64,000 bases of DNA from Anthoceros angustus (taxonomy: Eukaryota > Plantae > Anthocerotophyta): positions 1,782,723 to 1,846,722 of the forward strand of contig MU008166.1 in assembly GCA_010909165.1 (NCBI GenBank), in the 5' to 3' direction. Positions 35,365 through 48,888 of this stretch are shown in pieces. The position numbers and the translations under genes are program-made. Numbering within the stretch: the first letter of the stretch is position 1; the number at the start of each line of letters is the position of its first letter. Below the pieces are notes generated by a model. It had not been told where the DNA came from. It ran no database searches and worked only from the letters and a program-made list of their open reading frames with translations.

Positions 35365-38300
35365 CCACTGCAAGCTTGCTTTTCTGGCAATTTCTTCAAA
35401 GGCCACCCCTCGTGAAAGCTTCAGTTCACCACGTTTTGCATACCCCGACATTTAGGGCCTCGCATGTCACCACGAGGATTCAGTTCACCACGGTTTGCAT
35501 ACCCAGATATCAAAGGCTTTCGAAACTACGTTCATTTACCCACCACTACGTTTTCCATCAATCCTCGCTCAACAATTAGTGTGTGCTCCCGCCTGCCCTT
35601 CCCTGATCGACACTTGTTGACTGGTGAATTCTAGGATAATCTGGCGCGTCCCACGATTTCATGGAGCTAGCTCTTGCTCGAGACCGCCATGCAGAAACAA
35701 ATCAACGAAAAGCAGGTGGTCAAGCTCCAGCGAAAGGCAGGTGCCTTGGGCTTGAGCGCATCCTTGCGTGCAGTTAAAGTGCAAAGCACGCGTTGTTCAC
35801 GTTAAACTTAAGCTTGGACTGTTGAACAGGGCTATAGGCACGTCTAGCAAGAATATAATTTCCTCACACCAAGCCACCACCTAGGTCATCTGCAGGTCGC
35901 GAATGAACACCCTCTCATGCCTCGCCAGGTCACCACATCATTGTGGCTACGCTATCCTAAACCCGATGTGCATCTTTCAGCCCCAGGCTACCTTCTCCAT
36001 ACATGTCCATCAAACTGCTGCCAACAAACCAGCTAGGGAAAACACCACCATATGCATGCAACGCATTACAATGCACTTCTCTACGAGATCCAAGGGCCAG
36101 CAGTCCTCGTTTAACACCTAGTGTACAGTGTTCAAGACTAAACCAAAGAATTGCTAGCAGCGATCACATCCAACAGGCAATTGTACACCTTCAAGTTATC
36201 CTCAGTCCTCTTCCGACAACCAGAGAGTGCAGTTGCCTGCCCCTAAAAAGCACAGATACTGGCGCAGGCCTTTCCAAGACAACCAAAACAGCATGACCTC
36301 AGCATATATTCTCCAAGGCATTCCATGCCAACACATTTCACTTGCTTGTAGTGTCAAAAACCTGGCCTGTATTTCTCAGTCCACCACATTGTGCATATCA
36401 AGCCAGGTTTAGTTTGATTTCAAGCTAAAAGGATTCATAAAGAATAGCTGGAGGATAAATAAGAGGAGAGTTTTAGACAACCAAAATCATATTCAAAGAT
36501 GGAGATACAACTTGGTTAGGGATCGTCCGAGCCGAGCAATCTAACCACGAGAATAGCCTGTACAACATCTCTTGTCTTCAACCAGCTGGACAACCACATA
36601 GGTCTTCGGTTGGATCAGAGAGCATAGAACTAGCGCAAAACACAAAACACATAAACAAGTAAAAGAGGCAAAACGCTTTCCTTTCCTACATCAAAAAGGT
36701 GCACCACCTAACCCTAATTCCACTTCCACCGATGTTAGAAGGTGAGCGAAACAGTGTGAAGGGCATCGTCAAGGGAAGAAGTGTGAGCCCGTGTGGACGA
36801 GGCGAGCTCCCTCGGCGTTCACAGTGCTGAGATGCGCACAGGCAAAGACGGTGAAAGTGTGCCCCACGGTCTTCCGGCGGGAACGTGCAGGCGCTTGAAC
36901 CCCACCAGCTGCTTCAGGGCGCGTCCTTCGCGGAAGTCGGCGGGCGCGAAAACAACAAAGCCGTGTAAGCCGCGTCCCGGGCCCCGGAATTGGCCACTCT
37001 CACGCCCACCTGGAACCTCAAGGCGGCCCGATCTCCTCGCTCAGCTGCCCGCACTGCAAGGCCGTGGTGGAGTCGGCCTCGGCCTCGGCCAGAGATGCAG
37101 CCGCAGCGGCAGGAGCTTGAGGGATGCTGGTGCCGTGGTGAAGGATGCTCGCAGGGCTGAGGTGGAGCTGCTGGTGTTGCTGTTGGTGTCGCCGTAGCCC
37201 AGCCCGTGCCCGAACTCGTACACCACCGTGCCCGTGTAGAAGCGGTAGGTCCGGCCAGGGTAGTTGGTCGCTGGGTCCGGCCGCATCGCCATGTTCGTCA
37301 TGGGCACCTGCTCCACCAGCTCCTGCGGGTACCAGGTCACGGGCAGCCTCCCGCCTGCCCACGCGTGCACATCGAGCGGTCAGGTAATGGCGGACTATCG
37401 TCCTGCTGCAGGACATCAGGCGTCCGCATGCAAGGCGTGGAAGTGCAGAAAGGAGCGGAGAAAAGGAGAGGACAGGAGATCAGAGCACGGCAGATGAGAT
37501 CACTGCAAGCTTGCTTTTCTGGCAATTTCTTCAAAGGCCACCCCTCGTGAAAGCTTCAGTTCACCACGTTTTGCATACCCCGACATTTAGGGCCTCGCAT
37601 GTCACCACGAGGATTCAGTTCACCACGGTTTGCATACCCAGATATCAAAGGCTTTCGAAACTACGTTCATTTACCCACCACTACGTTTTCCATCAATCCT
37701 CGCTCAACAATTAGTGTGTGCTCCCGCCTGCCCTTCCCTGATCGACACTTGTTGACTGGTGAATTCTAGGATAATCTGGCGCGTCCCACGATTTCATGGA
37801 GCTAGCTCTTGCTCGAGACCGCCATGCAGAAACAAATCAACGAAAAGCAGGTGGTCAAGCTCCAGCGAAAGGCAGGTGCCTTGGGCTTGAGCGCATCCTT
37901 GCGTGCAGTTAAAGTGCAAAGCACGCGTTGTTCACGTTAAACTTAAGCTTGGACTGTTGAACAGGGCTATAGGCACGTCTAGCAAGAATATAATTTCCTC
38001 ACACCAAGCCACCACCTAGGTCATCTGCAGGTCGCGAATGAACACCCTCTCATGCCTCGCCAGGTCACCACATCATTGTGGCTACGCTATCCTAAACCCG
38101 ATGTGCATCTTTCAGCCCCAGGCTACCTTCTCCATACATGTCCATCAAACTGCTGCCAACAAACCAGCTAGGAAAACACCACCATATGCATGCAACGCAT
38201 TACAATGCACTTCTCTACGAGATCCAAGGGCCAGCAGTCCTCGTTTAACACCTAGTGTACAGTGTTCAAGACTAAACCAAAGAATTGCTAGCAGCGATCA

Positions 38301-39640
38301 CATCCAACAGGCAATTGTACACCTTCAAGTTATCCTCAGTCCTCTTCCGACAACCAGAGAGTGCAGTTGCCTGCCCCTAAAAAGCACAGATACTGGCGCA
38401 GGCCTTTCCAAGACAACCAAAACAGCATGACCTCAGCATATATTCTCCAAGGCATTCCATGCCAACACATTTCGCACTTGTAGTGTCAAAAACCTGGCCT
38501 GTATTTCTCAGTCCACCACATTGTGCATATCAAGCCAGGTTTAGTTTGATTTCAAGCTAAAAGGATTCATAAAGAATAGCTGGAGGATAAATAAGAGGAG
38601 AGTTTTAGACAAACCAAAATCATATTCAAAGATGGAGATACAACTTGGTTAGGGATCGTCCGAGCCGAGCAATCTAACCACGAGAATAGCCTGTACAACA
38701 TCTCTTGTCTTCAACCAGCTGGACAACCACATAGGTCTTCGGTTGGATCAGAGAGCATAGAACTAGCGCAAAACACAAAACACATAAACAAGTAAAAGAG
38801 GCAAAACGCTTTCCTTTCCTACATCAAAAAAGAGTGCACCACCTAACCCTAATTCCACTTCCACCGATGTTAGAAGGTGAGCGAAACGGTGTGAAGGGCA
38901 TCGTCAAGGGAGAAGAAGTGTGAGCCCGTGTGGACGAGGCGAGCTCCCTCGGCGTTCACAGTGCTGAGATGCGCACAGGCAAAGACGGTGAAAGTGTGCC
39001 CCACGGTCTTCCCGGCGGGAACGTGCAGGCGCTTGAACCCCACCAGCTGCTTCAGGGGCGCGTCCTTCGCGGAAGTCGGCGGGCGCGAAAACAACAAAGC
39101 CGTGTAAGCCGCGTCCCGGGCCCCGGAATTGGCCACTCTCACGCCCACCTGGAACCTCAAGGCGGCCCGATCTCCTCGCTCAGCTGCCCGCACTGCAAGG
39201 CCGTGGTGGAGTCGGCCTCGGCCTCGGCCAGAGATGCAGCCGCAGCGGCAGGAGCTTGAGGGATGCTGGTGCCGTGGTGAAGGATGCTCGCAGGGCTGAG
39301 GTGGAGCTGCTGGTGTTGCTGTTGGTGTCGCCGTAGCCCAGCCCGTGCCCGAACTCGTACACCACCGTGCCCGTGTAGAAGCGGTAGGTCCGGCCGGGGT
39401 AGTTGGTCGCTGGGTCCGGCCGCATCGCCATGTTCGTCATGGGCACCTGCTCCACCAGCTCCTGCGGGTACCAGGTCACGGGCAGCCTCCCGCCTGCCCA
39501 CGCGTGCACATCGAGCGGTCAGAGTAATGGCGGACTATCGTCCTGCTGCAGGACATCAGGCGTCCGCATGCAAGGCGTGGAAGTGCAGAAAGGAGCGGAG
39601 AAAAGGAGAGGACAGGAGATCAGAGCACGGCAGATGAGAT
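35365..39640. repeat. ~2.14 kb tandem duplication containing the BXL last exon and 3' flank
   Basis: 35365-37500 is repeated at 37501-39640. Junction sequence GATGAGATCACTGCAAGC. Confidence 0.95.
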
Positions 39641-40435
39641 CAGGGCATGGTTGAGAGAAGTACTTGGGCTCACGTCCCCGAAGACGATCTCGGCGATGGC
39701 CTGGCCGCCCGCCTGGCCGGGGTACCCCACCCACAGGATGCTCTCGATGCGGTTGTCGTTCTTGGCGAAGGTGATGTCCACAGGCCCTCCCGACATGATG
39801 ATGAGCACCACGCGCTTGCCTGCTGCGGCCACGGCGGTGGCCACATCCTCCACCAGCTGCTGCTGGAAGCCCGGGAGAGTGAGGTCCACCCGGTCCAGCG
39901 CCTCGGCCTCCTGGACCAGGCTCAGCCCGGCCACGATCACCGCGACATCGCTGCTGGCGGCGGCGGTGGCGGCGGCGCTGATTCCTGACCCGTCTGCGCA
40001 CGCGGCGTCCGCGCATCCGGGTTGCAGAACCACGCTCGTGTACGCCTGGAAGCCTTGCAGCGGGCTCGTGTACTTGCAAGGGATTCCTGCAAGTGCAACC
40101 CACCAGCAATGCGGAATGCGATCAGAGTGAGGATTGTGAGGGAGAGCTAGCTATGGCCGGCGGATTGCTGAGATTACCTTCGTAGTTGCCCAGCATGACT
40201 CTGGTGGCGTTGGCGTGCGGGCCGACGAGAGCCAGGGATTTCACGGTGGAAGCCGAGAGCGGGAGGAGGTTGTTGTCGTTCTTGAGCAGGACGATGCCCT
40301 GGCGGGCGGCCTCCAGGGCCAGCTCCTGGGTGTGCTCCATACACACAGAATCCACTCCCAAGTTGCCGTAGGCCTGGCGGGATCACCGTCGAACAGGCCC
40401 AGGCGCATGCGGGTGGCGTACAGGTTGCCCAGCAT
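38870..40435 (-). pseudogene. BXL partial duplicate (3' part of exon 4, exon 5 at 39664-40086, exon 6 at 38870-39493)
   Basis: [71 protein letters not shown]. Further exon-6 pieces at ~36736-37352, 42460-42790, 43018-43640 and 44731-44950. Confidence 0.85.
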
Positions 40436-40955
40436 GACCTCAGCATATATTCTCCAAGGCATTCCATGCCAACACATTTCGCACTTGTAGTGTCAAAAAC
40501 CTGGCCTGGCCGCCCGCCTGGCCGGGGTAGTTGGTCGCTGGGTCCGGCCGCATCGCCATGTTCGTCATGGGCACCTGCTCCACCAGCTGCTGCTGGAAGC
40601 CCGGGAGAGTGAGGTCCACCCGGTCCAGCGCCTCGGCCTCCTGGACCAGGCTCAGCCCGGCCACGATCACCGCGACATCGCTGCTGGCGGCGGCGGTGGC
40701 CACATCCAACAGGCAATTGTACACCTTCAAGTTATCCTCAGTCCTCTTCCGACAACCAGAGAGTGCAGTTGCCTGCCCTTCCCTGATCGACACTTGTTGA
40801 CTGGTGAATTCTAGGATAATCTGGCGCGTCCCACGATTTCATGGAGCTAGCTATGGCCGGCGGATTGCTGAGATGCGCACAGGCAAAGACGGTGAAAGTG
40901 TGCCCCACGGTCTTCCGGCGGGAACGTGCAGGCGCTTGAACCCCACCAGCTGCTG

Positions 40956-41103
40956 CTGGAAGCCTTGCAGCGGGCTCGTGTACGCCTGGAAGCCTTGCAG
41001 CGGGCTCGTGTACGCCTGGAAGCCTTGCAGCGGGCTCGTGTACGCCTGGAAGCCTTGCAGCGGGCTCGTGTACGCCTGGAAGCCTTGCAGCGGGCTCGTG
41101 TAC
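40956..41103. repeat. 30-bp perfect tandem repeat x5 derived from BXL exon 5
   Basis: CTGGAAGCCTTGCAGCGGGCTCGTGTACGC at 40956, 40986, 41016, 41046 and 41076. Encodes ([10 protein letters not shown])n on the minus strand. Confidence 0.95.
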
Positions 41104-44100
41104 TTGCAAGGATTCCTGCAAGTGCAACCCACCAGCTGGACAACCACATAGGTCTTCGGTTGGATCAGAGAGCATAGAACTAGCGCAAAACACATAAACA
41201 AGTAAAAGAGGCAAAACGCTTTCCTTTCCTACATCAAAAAGAGTGCACCACCTAGGTCATCTGCAGGTCGCGAATGAACACCCTCTCATGCCTCGCCAGG
41301 TCACCACATCATTGTGGCTACGCTATCCTAAACCCGATGTGCATCTTTCAGCCCCAGGCTACCTTCTCCATACATGTCCATCAAACTGCTGCCAACAAAC
41401 CAGCTAGGGAAAACACCACCATATGCATGCAACGCATTACAATGCACTTCTCTACGAGATCCAAGGGCCAGCAGTCCTCGTTTAACACCTAGTGTACAGT
41501 GTTCAAGACTAAACCAAAGAATTGCTAGCAGCGATCACATCCAACAGGCAATTGTACACCTTCAAGTTATCCTCAGTCCTCTTCCGACAACCAGAGAGTG
41601 CACCACCTAGGTCATCTGCAGGTCGCGAATGAACACCCTCTCATGCCTCGCCAGGTCACCACATCATTGTGGCTACGCTATCCTAAACCCGATGTGCATC
41701 TTTCAGCCCCAGGCTACCTTCTCCATACATGTCCATCAAACTGCTGCCAACAAACCAGCTAGGGAAAACACCACCATATGCATGCAACGCATTACAATGC
41801 ACTTCTCTACGAGATCCAAGGGCCAGCAGTCCTCGTTTAACACCTAGTGTACAGTGTTCAAGACTAAACCAAAGAATTGCTAGCAGCGATCACATCCAAC
41901 AGGCAATTGTACACCTTCAAGTTATCCTCAGTCCTCTTCCGACAACCAGAGAGTGCAGTTGCCTGCCCCTAAAAAGCACAGATACTGGCGCAGGCCTTTC
42001 CAAGACAACCAAAACAGCATGACCTCAGCATATATTCTCCAAGGCATTCCATGCCAACACATTTCGCACTTGTAGTGTCAAAAACCTGGCCTGTATTTCT
42101 CAGTCCACCACATTGTGCATATCAAGCCAGGTTTAGTTTGATTTCAAGCTAAAAGGATTCATAAAGAATAGCTGGAGGATAAATAAGAGGAGAGTTTTAG
42201 ACAAACCAAAATCATATTCAAAGATGGAGATACAACTTGGTTAGGGATCGTCCGAGCCGAGCAATCTAACCACGAGAATAGCCTGTACAACATCTCTTGT
42301 CTTCAACCAGCTGGACAACCACATAGGTCTTCGGTTGGATCAGAGAGCATAGAACTAGCGCAAAACACAAAACACATAAACAAGTAAAAGAGGCAAAACG
42401 CTTTCCTTTCCTACATCAAAAAGAGTGCACCACCTAACCCTAATTCCACTTCCACCGATGTTAGAAGGTGAGCGAAACGGTGTGAAGGGCATCGTCAAGG
42501 AGAAGAAGTGTGAGCCCGTGTGGACGAGGCGAGCTCCCTCGGCGTTCACAGTGCTGAGATGCGCACAGGCAAAGACGGTGAAAGTGTGCCCCACGGTCTT
42601 CCGGCGGGAACGTGCAGGCGCTTGAACCCCACCAGCTGCTTCAGGGCGCGTCCTTCGCGGAAGTCGGCGGGCGCGAAAACAACAAAGCCGTGTAAGCCGC
42701 GTCCCGGGCCCCGGAATTGGCCACTCTCACGCCCACCTGGAACCTCAAGGCGGCCCGATCTCCTCGCTCAGCTGCCCGCACTGCAAGGCCTCCTGGACCA
42801 GGCTCAGCCCGGCCACGATCACCGCGACATCGCTGCTGGCGGCGGCGGTGGCCACATCCTCCACCAGCTGGACAACCACATAGGTCTTCGGTTGGATCAG
42901 AGAGCATAGAACTAGCGCAAAACACAAAACACATAAACAAGTAAAAGAGGCAAAACGCTTTCCTTTCCTACATCAAAAAGAGTGCACCACCTAACCCTAA
43001 TTCCACTTCCACCGATGTTAGAAGGTGAGCGAAAACAGTGTGAAGGGCATCGTCAAGGGAGAAGAAGTGTGAGCCCGTGTGGACGAGGCGAGCTCCCTCG
43101 GCGTTCACAGTGCTGAGATGCGCACAGGCAAAGACGGTGAAAGTGTGCCCCACGGTCTTCCGGCGGGAACGTGCAGGCGCTTGAACCCCACCAGCTGCTT
43201 CAGGGCGCGTCCTTCGCGGAAGTCGGCGGGCGCGAAAACAACAAAGCCGTGTAAGCCGCGTCCCGGGCCCCGGAATTGGCCACTCTCACGCCCACCTGGA
43301 ACCTCAAGGCGGCCCGATCTCCTCGCTCAGCTGCCCGCACTGCAAGGCCGTGGTGGAGTCGGCCTCGGCCTCGGCCAGAGATGCAGCCGCAGCGGCAGGA
43401 GCTTGAGGGATGCTGGTGCCGTGGTGAAGGATGCTCGCAGGGCTGAGGTGGAGCTGCTGGTGTTGCTGTTGGTGTCGCCGTAGCCCAGCCCGTGCCCGAA
43501 CTCGTACACCACCGTGCCCGTGTAGAAGCGGTAGGTCCGGCCGGGGTAGTTGGTCGCTGGGTCCGGCCGCATCGCCATGTTCGTCATGGGCACCTGCTCC
43601 ACCAGCTCCTGCGGGTACCAGGTCACGGGCAGCCTCCCGCCTGCCCACGCGTGCACATCGAGCGGTCAGGTAATGGCGGACTATCGTCCTGCTGCAGGAC
43701 ATCAGGCGTCCGCGCATCCGGGTTGCAGAAAGGCAGGTGCCTTGGGCTTGAGCGCATCCTTGCGTGCAGTTAAAGTGCAAAGCACGCGTTGTTCACGTTA
43801 AACTTAAGCTTGGACTGTTGAACAGGGCTATAGGCACGTCTAGCAAGAATATAATTTCCTCACACCAAGCCACCACCTAGGTCATCTGCAGGTCGCGAAT
43901 GAACACCCTCTCATGCCTCGCCAGGTCACCACATCATTGTGGCTACGCTATCCTAAACCCGATGTGCATCTTTCAGCCCCAGGCTACCTTCTCCATACAT
44001 GTCCATCAAACTGCTGCCAACAAACCAGCTAGGGAAAACACCACCATATGCATGCAACGCATTACAATGCACTTCTCTACGAGATCCAAGGGCCAGCAGT

Positions 44101-45107
44101 CCTCGTTTAACACCTAGTGTACAGTGTTCAAGACTAAACCAAAGAATTGCTAGCAGCGATCACATCCAACAGGCAATTGTACACCTTCAAGTTATCCTCA
44201 GTCCTCTTCCGACAACCAGAGAGTGCAGTTGCCTGCCCCTAAAAAGCACAGATACTGGCGCAGGCCTTTCCAAGACAACCAAAACAGCATGACCTCAGCA
44301 TATATTCTCCAAGGCATTCCATGCCAACACATTTCGCACTTGTAGTGTCAAAAACCTGGCCTGTATTTCTCAGTCCACCACATTGTGCATATCAAGCCAG
44401 GTTTAGTTTGATTTCAAGCTAAAAGGATTCATAAAGAATAGCTGGAGGATAAATAAGAGGAGAGTTTTAGACAAACCAAAATCATATTCAAAGATGGAGA
44501 TACAACTTGGTTAGGGATCGTCCGAGCCGAGCAATCTAACCACGAGAATAGCCTGTACAACATCTCTTGTCTTCAACCAGCTGGACAACCACATAGGTCT
44601 TCGGTTGGATCAGAGAGCATAGAACTAGCGCAAAACACAAAACACATAAACAAGTAAAAGAGGCAAAACGCTTTCCTTTCCTACATCAAAAAGAGTGCAC
44701 CACCTAACCCTAATTCCACTTCCACCGATGTTAGAAGGTGAGCGAAAACAGTGTGAAGGGCATCGTCAAGGAGAAGAAGTGTGAGCCCGTGTGGACGAGG
44801 CGAGCTCCCTCGGCGTTCACAGTGCTGAGATGCGCACAGGCAAAGACGGTGAAAGTGTGCCCCACGGTCTTCCGGCGGGAACGTGCAGGCGCTTGAACCC
44901 CACCAGCTGCTTCAGGGCGCGTCCTTCGCGGAAGTCGGCGGGCGCGAAGTTCACCAGCTGGACAACCACATAGGTCTTCGGTTGGATCAGAGAGCATAGA
45001 ACTAGCGCAAAACACAAAACACATAAACAAGTAAAAGAGGCAAAACGCTTTCCTTTCCTACATCAAAAAGAGTGCACCACCTAACCCTAATTCCACTTCC
45101 ACCGATG

Positions 45108-48100
45108 TTAGAAGGTGAGCGAAAACAGTGTGAAGGGCATCGTCAAGGGAGAAGAAGTGTGAGCCCGTGTGGACGAGGCGAGCTCCCTCGGCGTTCACAG
45201 TGCTGAGATGCGCACAGGCAAAGACGGTGAAAGTGTGCCCCACGGTCTTCCGGCGGGAACGTGCAGGCGCTTGAACCCCACCAGCTGCTTCAGGGCGCGT
45301 CCTTCGCGGAAGTCGGCGGGCGCGAAAACAACAAAGCCGTGTAAGCCGCGTCCCGGGCCCCGGAATTGGCCACTCTCACGCCCACCTGGAACCTCAAGGC
45401 GGCCCGATCTCCTCGCTCAGCTGCCCGCACTGCAAGGCCGTGGTGGAGTCGGCCTCGGCCTCGGCCAGAGATGCAGCCGCAGCGGCAGGAGCTTGAGGGA
45501 TGCTGGTGCCGTGGTGAAGGATGCTCGCAGGGCTGAGGTGGAGCTGCTGGTGTTGCTGTTGGTGTCGCCGTAGCCCAGCCCGTGCCCGAACTCGTACACC
45601 ACCGTGCCCGTGTAGAAGCGGTAGGTCCGGCCGGGGTAGTTGGTCGCTGGGTCCGGCCGCATCGCCATGTTCGTCATGGGCACCTGCTCCACCAGCTCCT
45701 GCGGGTACCAGGTCACGGGCAGCCTCCCGCCTGCCCACGCGTGCACATCGAGCGGTCAGGTAATGGCGGACTATCGTCCTGCTGCAGGACATCAGGCGTC
45801 CGCATGCAAGGCGTGGAAGTGCAGAAAGGAGCGGAGAAAGGAGAGGACAGGAGATCAGAGCACGGCAGATGAGATCAGGGCATGGTTGAGAGAAGTACTT
45901 GGGCTCACGTCCCCGAAGACGATCTCGGCGATGGCCTGGCCGGGGTACCCCACCCACAGGATGCTCGCAGGGCTGAGGTGGAGCTGCTGGAAGCCTTGCA
46001 GCGGGCTCGTGTACTTGCAAGGATTCCTGCAAGTGCAACCCACCAGCTGCTGCTGGAAGCCTTGCAGCGGGCTCGTGTACTTGCAAGGATTCCTGCAAGT
46101 GCAACCCACCAGCTGCTGCTGGAAGCCTTGCAGCGGGCTCGTGTACGCCTGGAAGCCTTGCAGCGGGCTCGTGTACTTGCAAGGATTCCTGCAAGTGCAA
46201 CCCACCAGCTGCTTCAGGGCGCGAAAACAAGAGGATCTCGGCGATGGCCTGGCCGCCCGCCTGGCCGGGGTACCCCACCCACAGGATGCTCTCGATGCGG
46301 TTGTCGTTCTTGGCGAAGGTGATGTCCACAGGCCCTCCCGACATGATGATGAGCACCACGCGCTTGCCTGCTGCGGCCACGGCGGTGGCCACATCCTCCA
46401 CCAGCTGCTGCTGGAAGCCCGGGAGAGTGAGGTCCACCCGGTCCAGCGCCTCGGCCTCCTGGACCAGGCTCAGCCCGGCCACGATCACCGCGACATCGCT
46501 GCTGGCGGCGGCGGTGGCGGCGGCGCTGATTCCTGACCCGTCTGCGCACGCGGCGTCCGCGCATCCGGGTTGCAGAACCACGCTCGTGTACGCCTGGAAG
46601 CCTTGCAGCGGGCTCGTGTACTTGCAAGGATTCCTGCAAGTGCAACCCACCAGCAATGCGGAATGCGATCAGAGTGAGGATTGTGAGGGAGAGCTAGCTA
46701 TGGCCGGCGGATTGCTGAGATTACCTTCGTAGTTGCCCAGCATGACTCTGGTGGCGTTGGCGTGCGGGCCGACGAGAGCCAGGGATTTCACGGTGGAAGC
46801 CGAGAGCGGGAGGAGGTTGTTGTCGTTCTTGAGCAGGACGATGCCCTGGCGGGCGGCCTCCAGGGCCAGCTCCTGGGTGTGCTCCATACACACAGAATCC
46901 ACTCCCAAGTTGCCGTAGGCCTGGCTGGCGGGATCACCGTCGAACAGGCCCAGGCGCATGCGGGTGGCGTACAGGTTGCCCAGAGCTCTGTCTATGGTGG
47001 ACTCGTTGAGCAGCCCGGCTGAGACCGCAGCCTGCCCGTATTTCGCGACGTAGCTGCCGCAGTTCAGGTCCAGCCCTGCGTTCAAGGTGGCCGCCACCGA
47101 GGCCTCGGGAGTGGAGGTCCAGTTGAATGTCTCGTAGATCTGCGCCACTGCATCGCAGTCGGACACCAGGTAGCTGCACCAACACCAATGCAATTCAATT
47201 TCACACACACACAGGAATTTCGTGTCCTGAGGGATGCTGAAATTTCCCTGGTAGCTCTGCAGATGTATTAGATTCTGTCAGATGATCAGGACCAGGGAAA
47301 GGGAAACGCACCCACTGAAGCCCCAGGTATTCTTGGCAGTCTCTGTGAGCAAGTTCTCATCTGCGCAAGCCGGCACGCCATTCACCTCGTTGTAGGCGCA
47401 CATCAGGCTGGTCGCATGCCCTTGTTCAATGCAGTTTCTGAAAGGAGGCTGGTACGTGTCTTCCAAATCCTGAGCACTCACCTGCAAACCAGACACACGT
47501 TTGTGGATTGAAGGAACAATTGCTGCGAGAACCCATCAAACACCCAAATTTACAGCAACCTTGACATTGTGCATCTGGCAAGATGCTCGGCCTTACAATT
47601 GCGTTGAAGTGAAATCGGTCGATTCCATTCCAATTCTCCAAATCATACGCCGTGAAATGCTTGCAGCATGCAGATGCCTTGAGATACTTCGGCCCTGCAA
47701 CGTTGTTCCACACTGCCAAGGGCCAAGGTCCTGTGAGGGATTGCGGGGTGGAGGCAGAGTCGTCCTCAAGGCTCTCCCCTTGCAGCCCTCGCACAAAGGC
47801 TCTGGCGTAGGTGGAAGTCACGGTAGGATCCTCTCCCGGGGTTTCCTGTCCTCTCCCCCACCTCGGGTCTCTGAAGATGTTGATGTTGGGGCTCCAAAAT
47901 GTGAGCCCCGTTCTGGCCAGATTGTAAATGGCTCGAGCTTCTGTAGAAATCATCTGCACAACCACAACAACAACACCCATTATCACCAGGATTGCAGCAA
48001 CCCAACACCCAATTTTCGCCCATTTTCACAAGCTTGCAACAACGTTCTTCCAACAAGGAATTGCAGCTGCATTTCAAGCCCACGCATGCGCACCTCAGCA

Positions 48101-48501
48101 ATGTGGTGCCAGAGAGTCTCATTGAAGGAGGCCGCGGTGAGAATAACTTGCGGGAAGCTGGTAGCGCCGGGGACCTGCCCGCCAAAGGACACGCCAGGGC
48201 TCTGCGCCACGCCGTGCAAGGCCTCCTGCCACCACTCATACTTGGGGATCCCAAGGTGGTCGATAGCGGGCGCGGAGTTCACCAGCTGGGCGATCTTCTC
48301 CGCCAGCGTGAGCCTGCCCAGCAGGTCAGTCACCCGGTCTCCTATGGTGGCCGAGATGTTGCAGAAAGGCAGCGCGGCTGCTGTGGCATTCACTGCCGGG
48401 TCACATGCAAAGGCAGGCTTTTGATCAAACTGTGCCCGGCTGCATCCCAGCAGCTGCAGTAGGATGAGGCAGGCCAGGAGCACAGCCCTGCAAGGTTCCA
48501 T
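45108..48501 (-). CDS. BXL: GH3 beta-D-xylosidase / alpha-L-arabinofuranosidase, six exons: 48094-48501, 47597-47953, 47312-47481, 46725-47173, 45899-46633 (disrupted in this assembly), 45108-45730
   Basis: Signal peptide, [58 protein letters not shown], nucleophile motif VSDCDAV and an Fn3-like C-terminus. All introns are GT..AG. Exon 5 has a 1-nt homopolymer loss (~46628) and a scrambled insert at ~45940-46240. Confidence 0.93.
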
Positions 48502-48888
48502 GATTCCCCAATGTGCCAGCAGGCACCAGCTGCAGCAACAAGACTAAAAAATGGGTGCAAAGACAAAATGCTTGCAAATCCGCGATGAAACTGGGACTGC
48601 GCCTGTCCCAGAGCCTCAATCCGGCGTTGTATTTGAAGGTAGGCCAAGCCGCCCGAAGAGGAATGAGTGCCTAGCCTGCCATTTTCGGGAGGGTGCAGAT
48701 CGCATGGATCGCGTCGCTATCCAGTATCTCCCACAACTCATCCTTCCTCTCTGGGCTTGCTCTCTCGGCGTGAATGTCCACAAATGCACATGAGATGAAA
48801 TGAAAATAAAAAAATAAGTCGTTGAATGGGCGTACAAGTTCTGTCCCATGGACGTTTTCACATCCCAGCGCACGTTGATGTGGTTGCT

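Larger units (their letters stand above)
31608..35790. repeat. ~2.09 kb near-perfect tandem duplication
   Basis: 31608-33698 is repeated at 33699-35790. The junction carries the GCACGC microhomology. Differences are mostly homopolymer indels. Confidence 0.95.

Noticed and set aside
45394-46656. 420-aa ORF as a novel repeat protein
   Set aside because: It is a read-through of scrambled BXL exon and intron pieces in mixed frames.
47501-48424. 307-aa plus-strand ORF and other antisense ORFs over BXL and the LRR-RLK
   Set aside because: Shadow frames of GC-rich coding exons.
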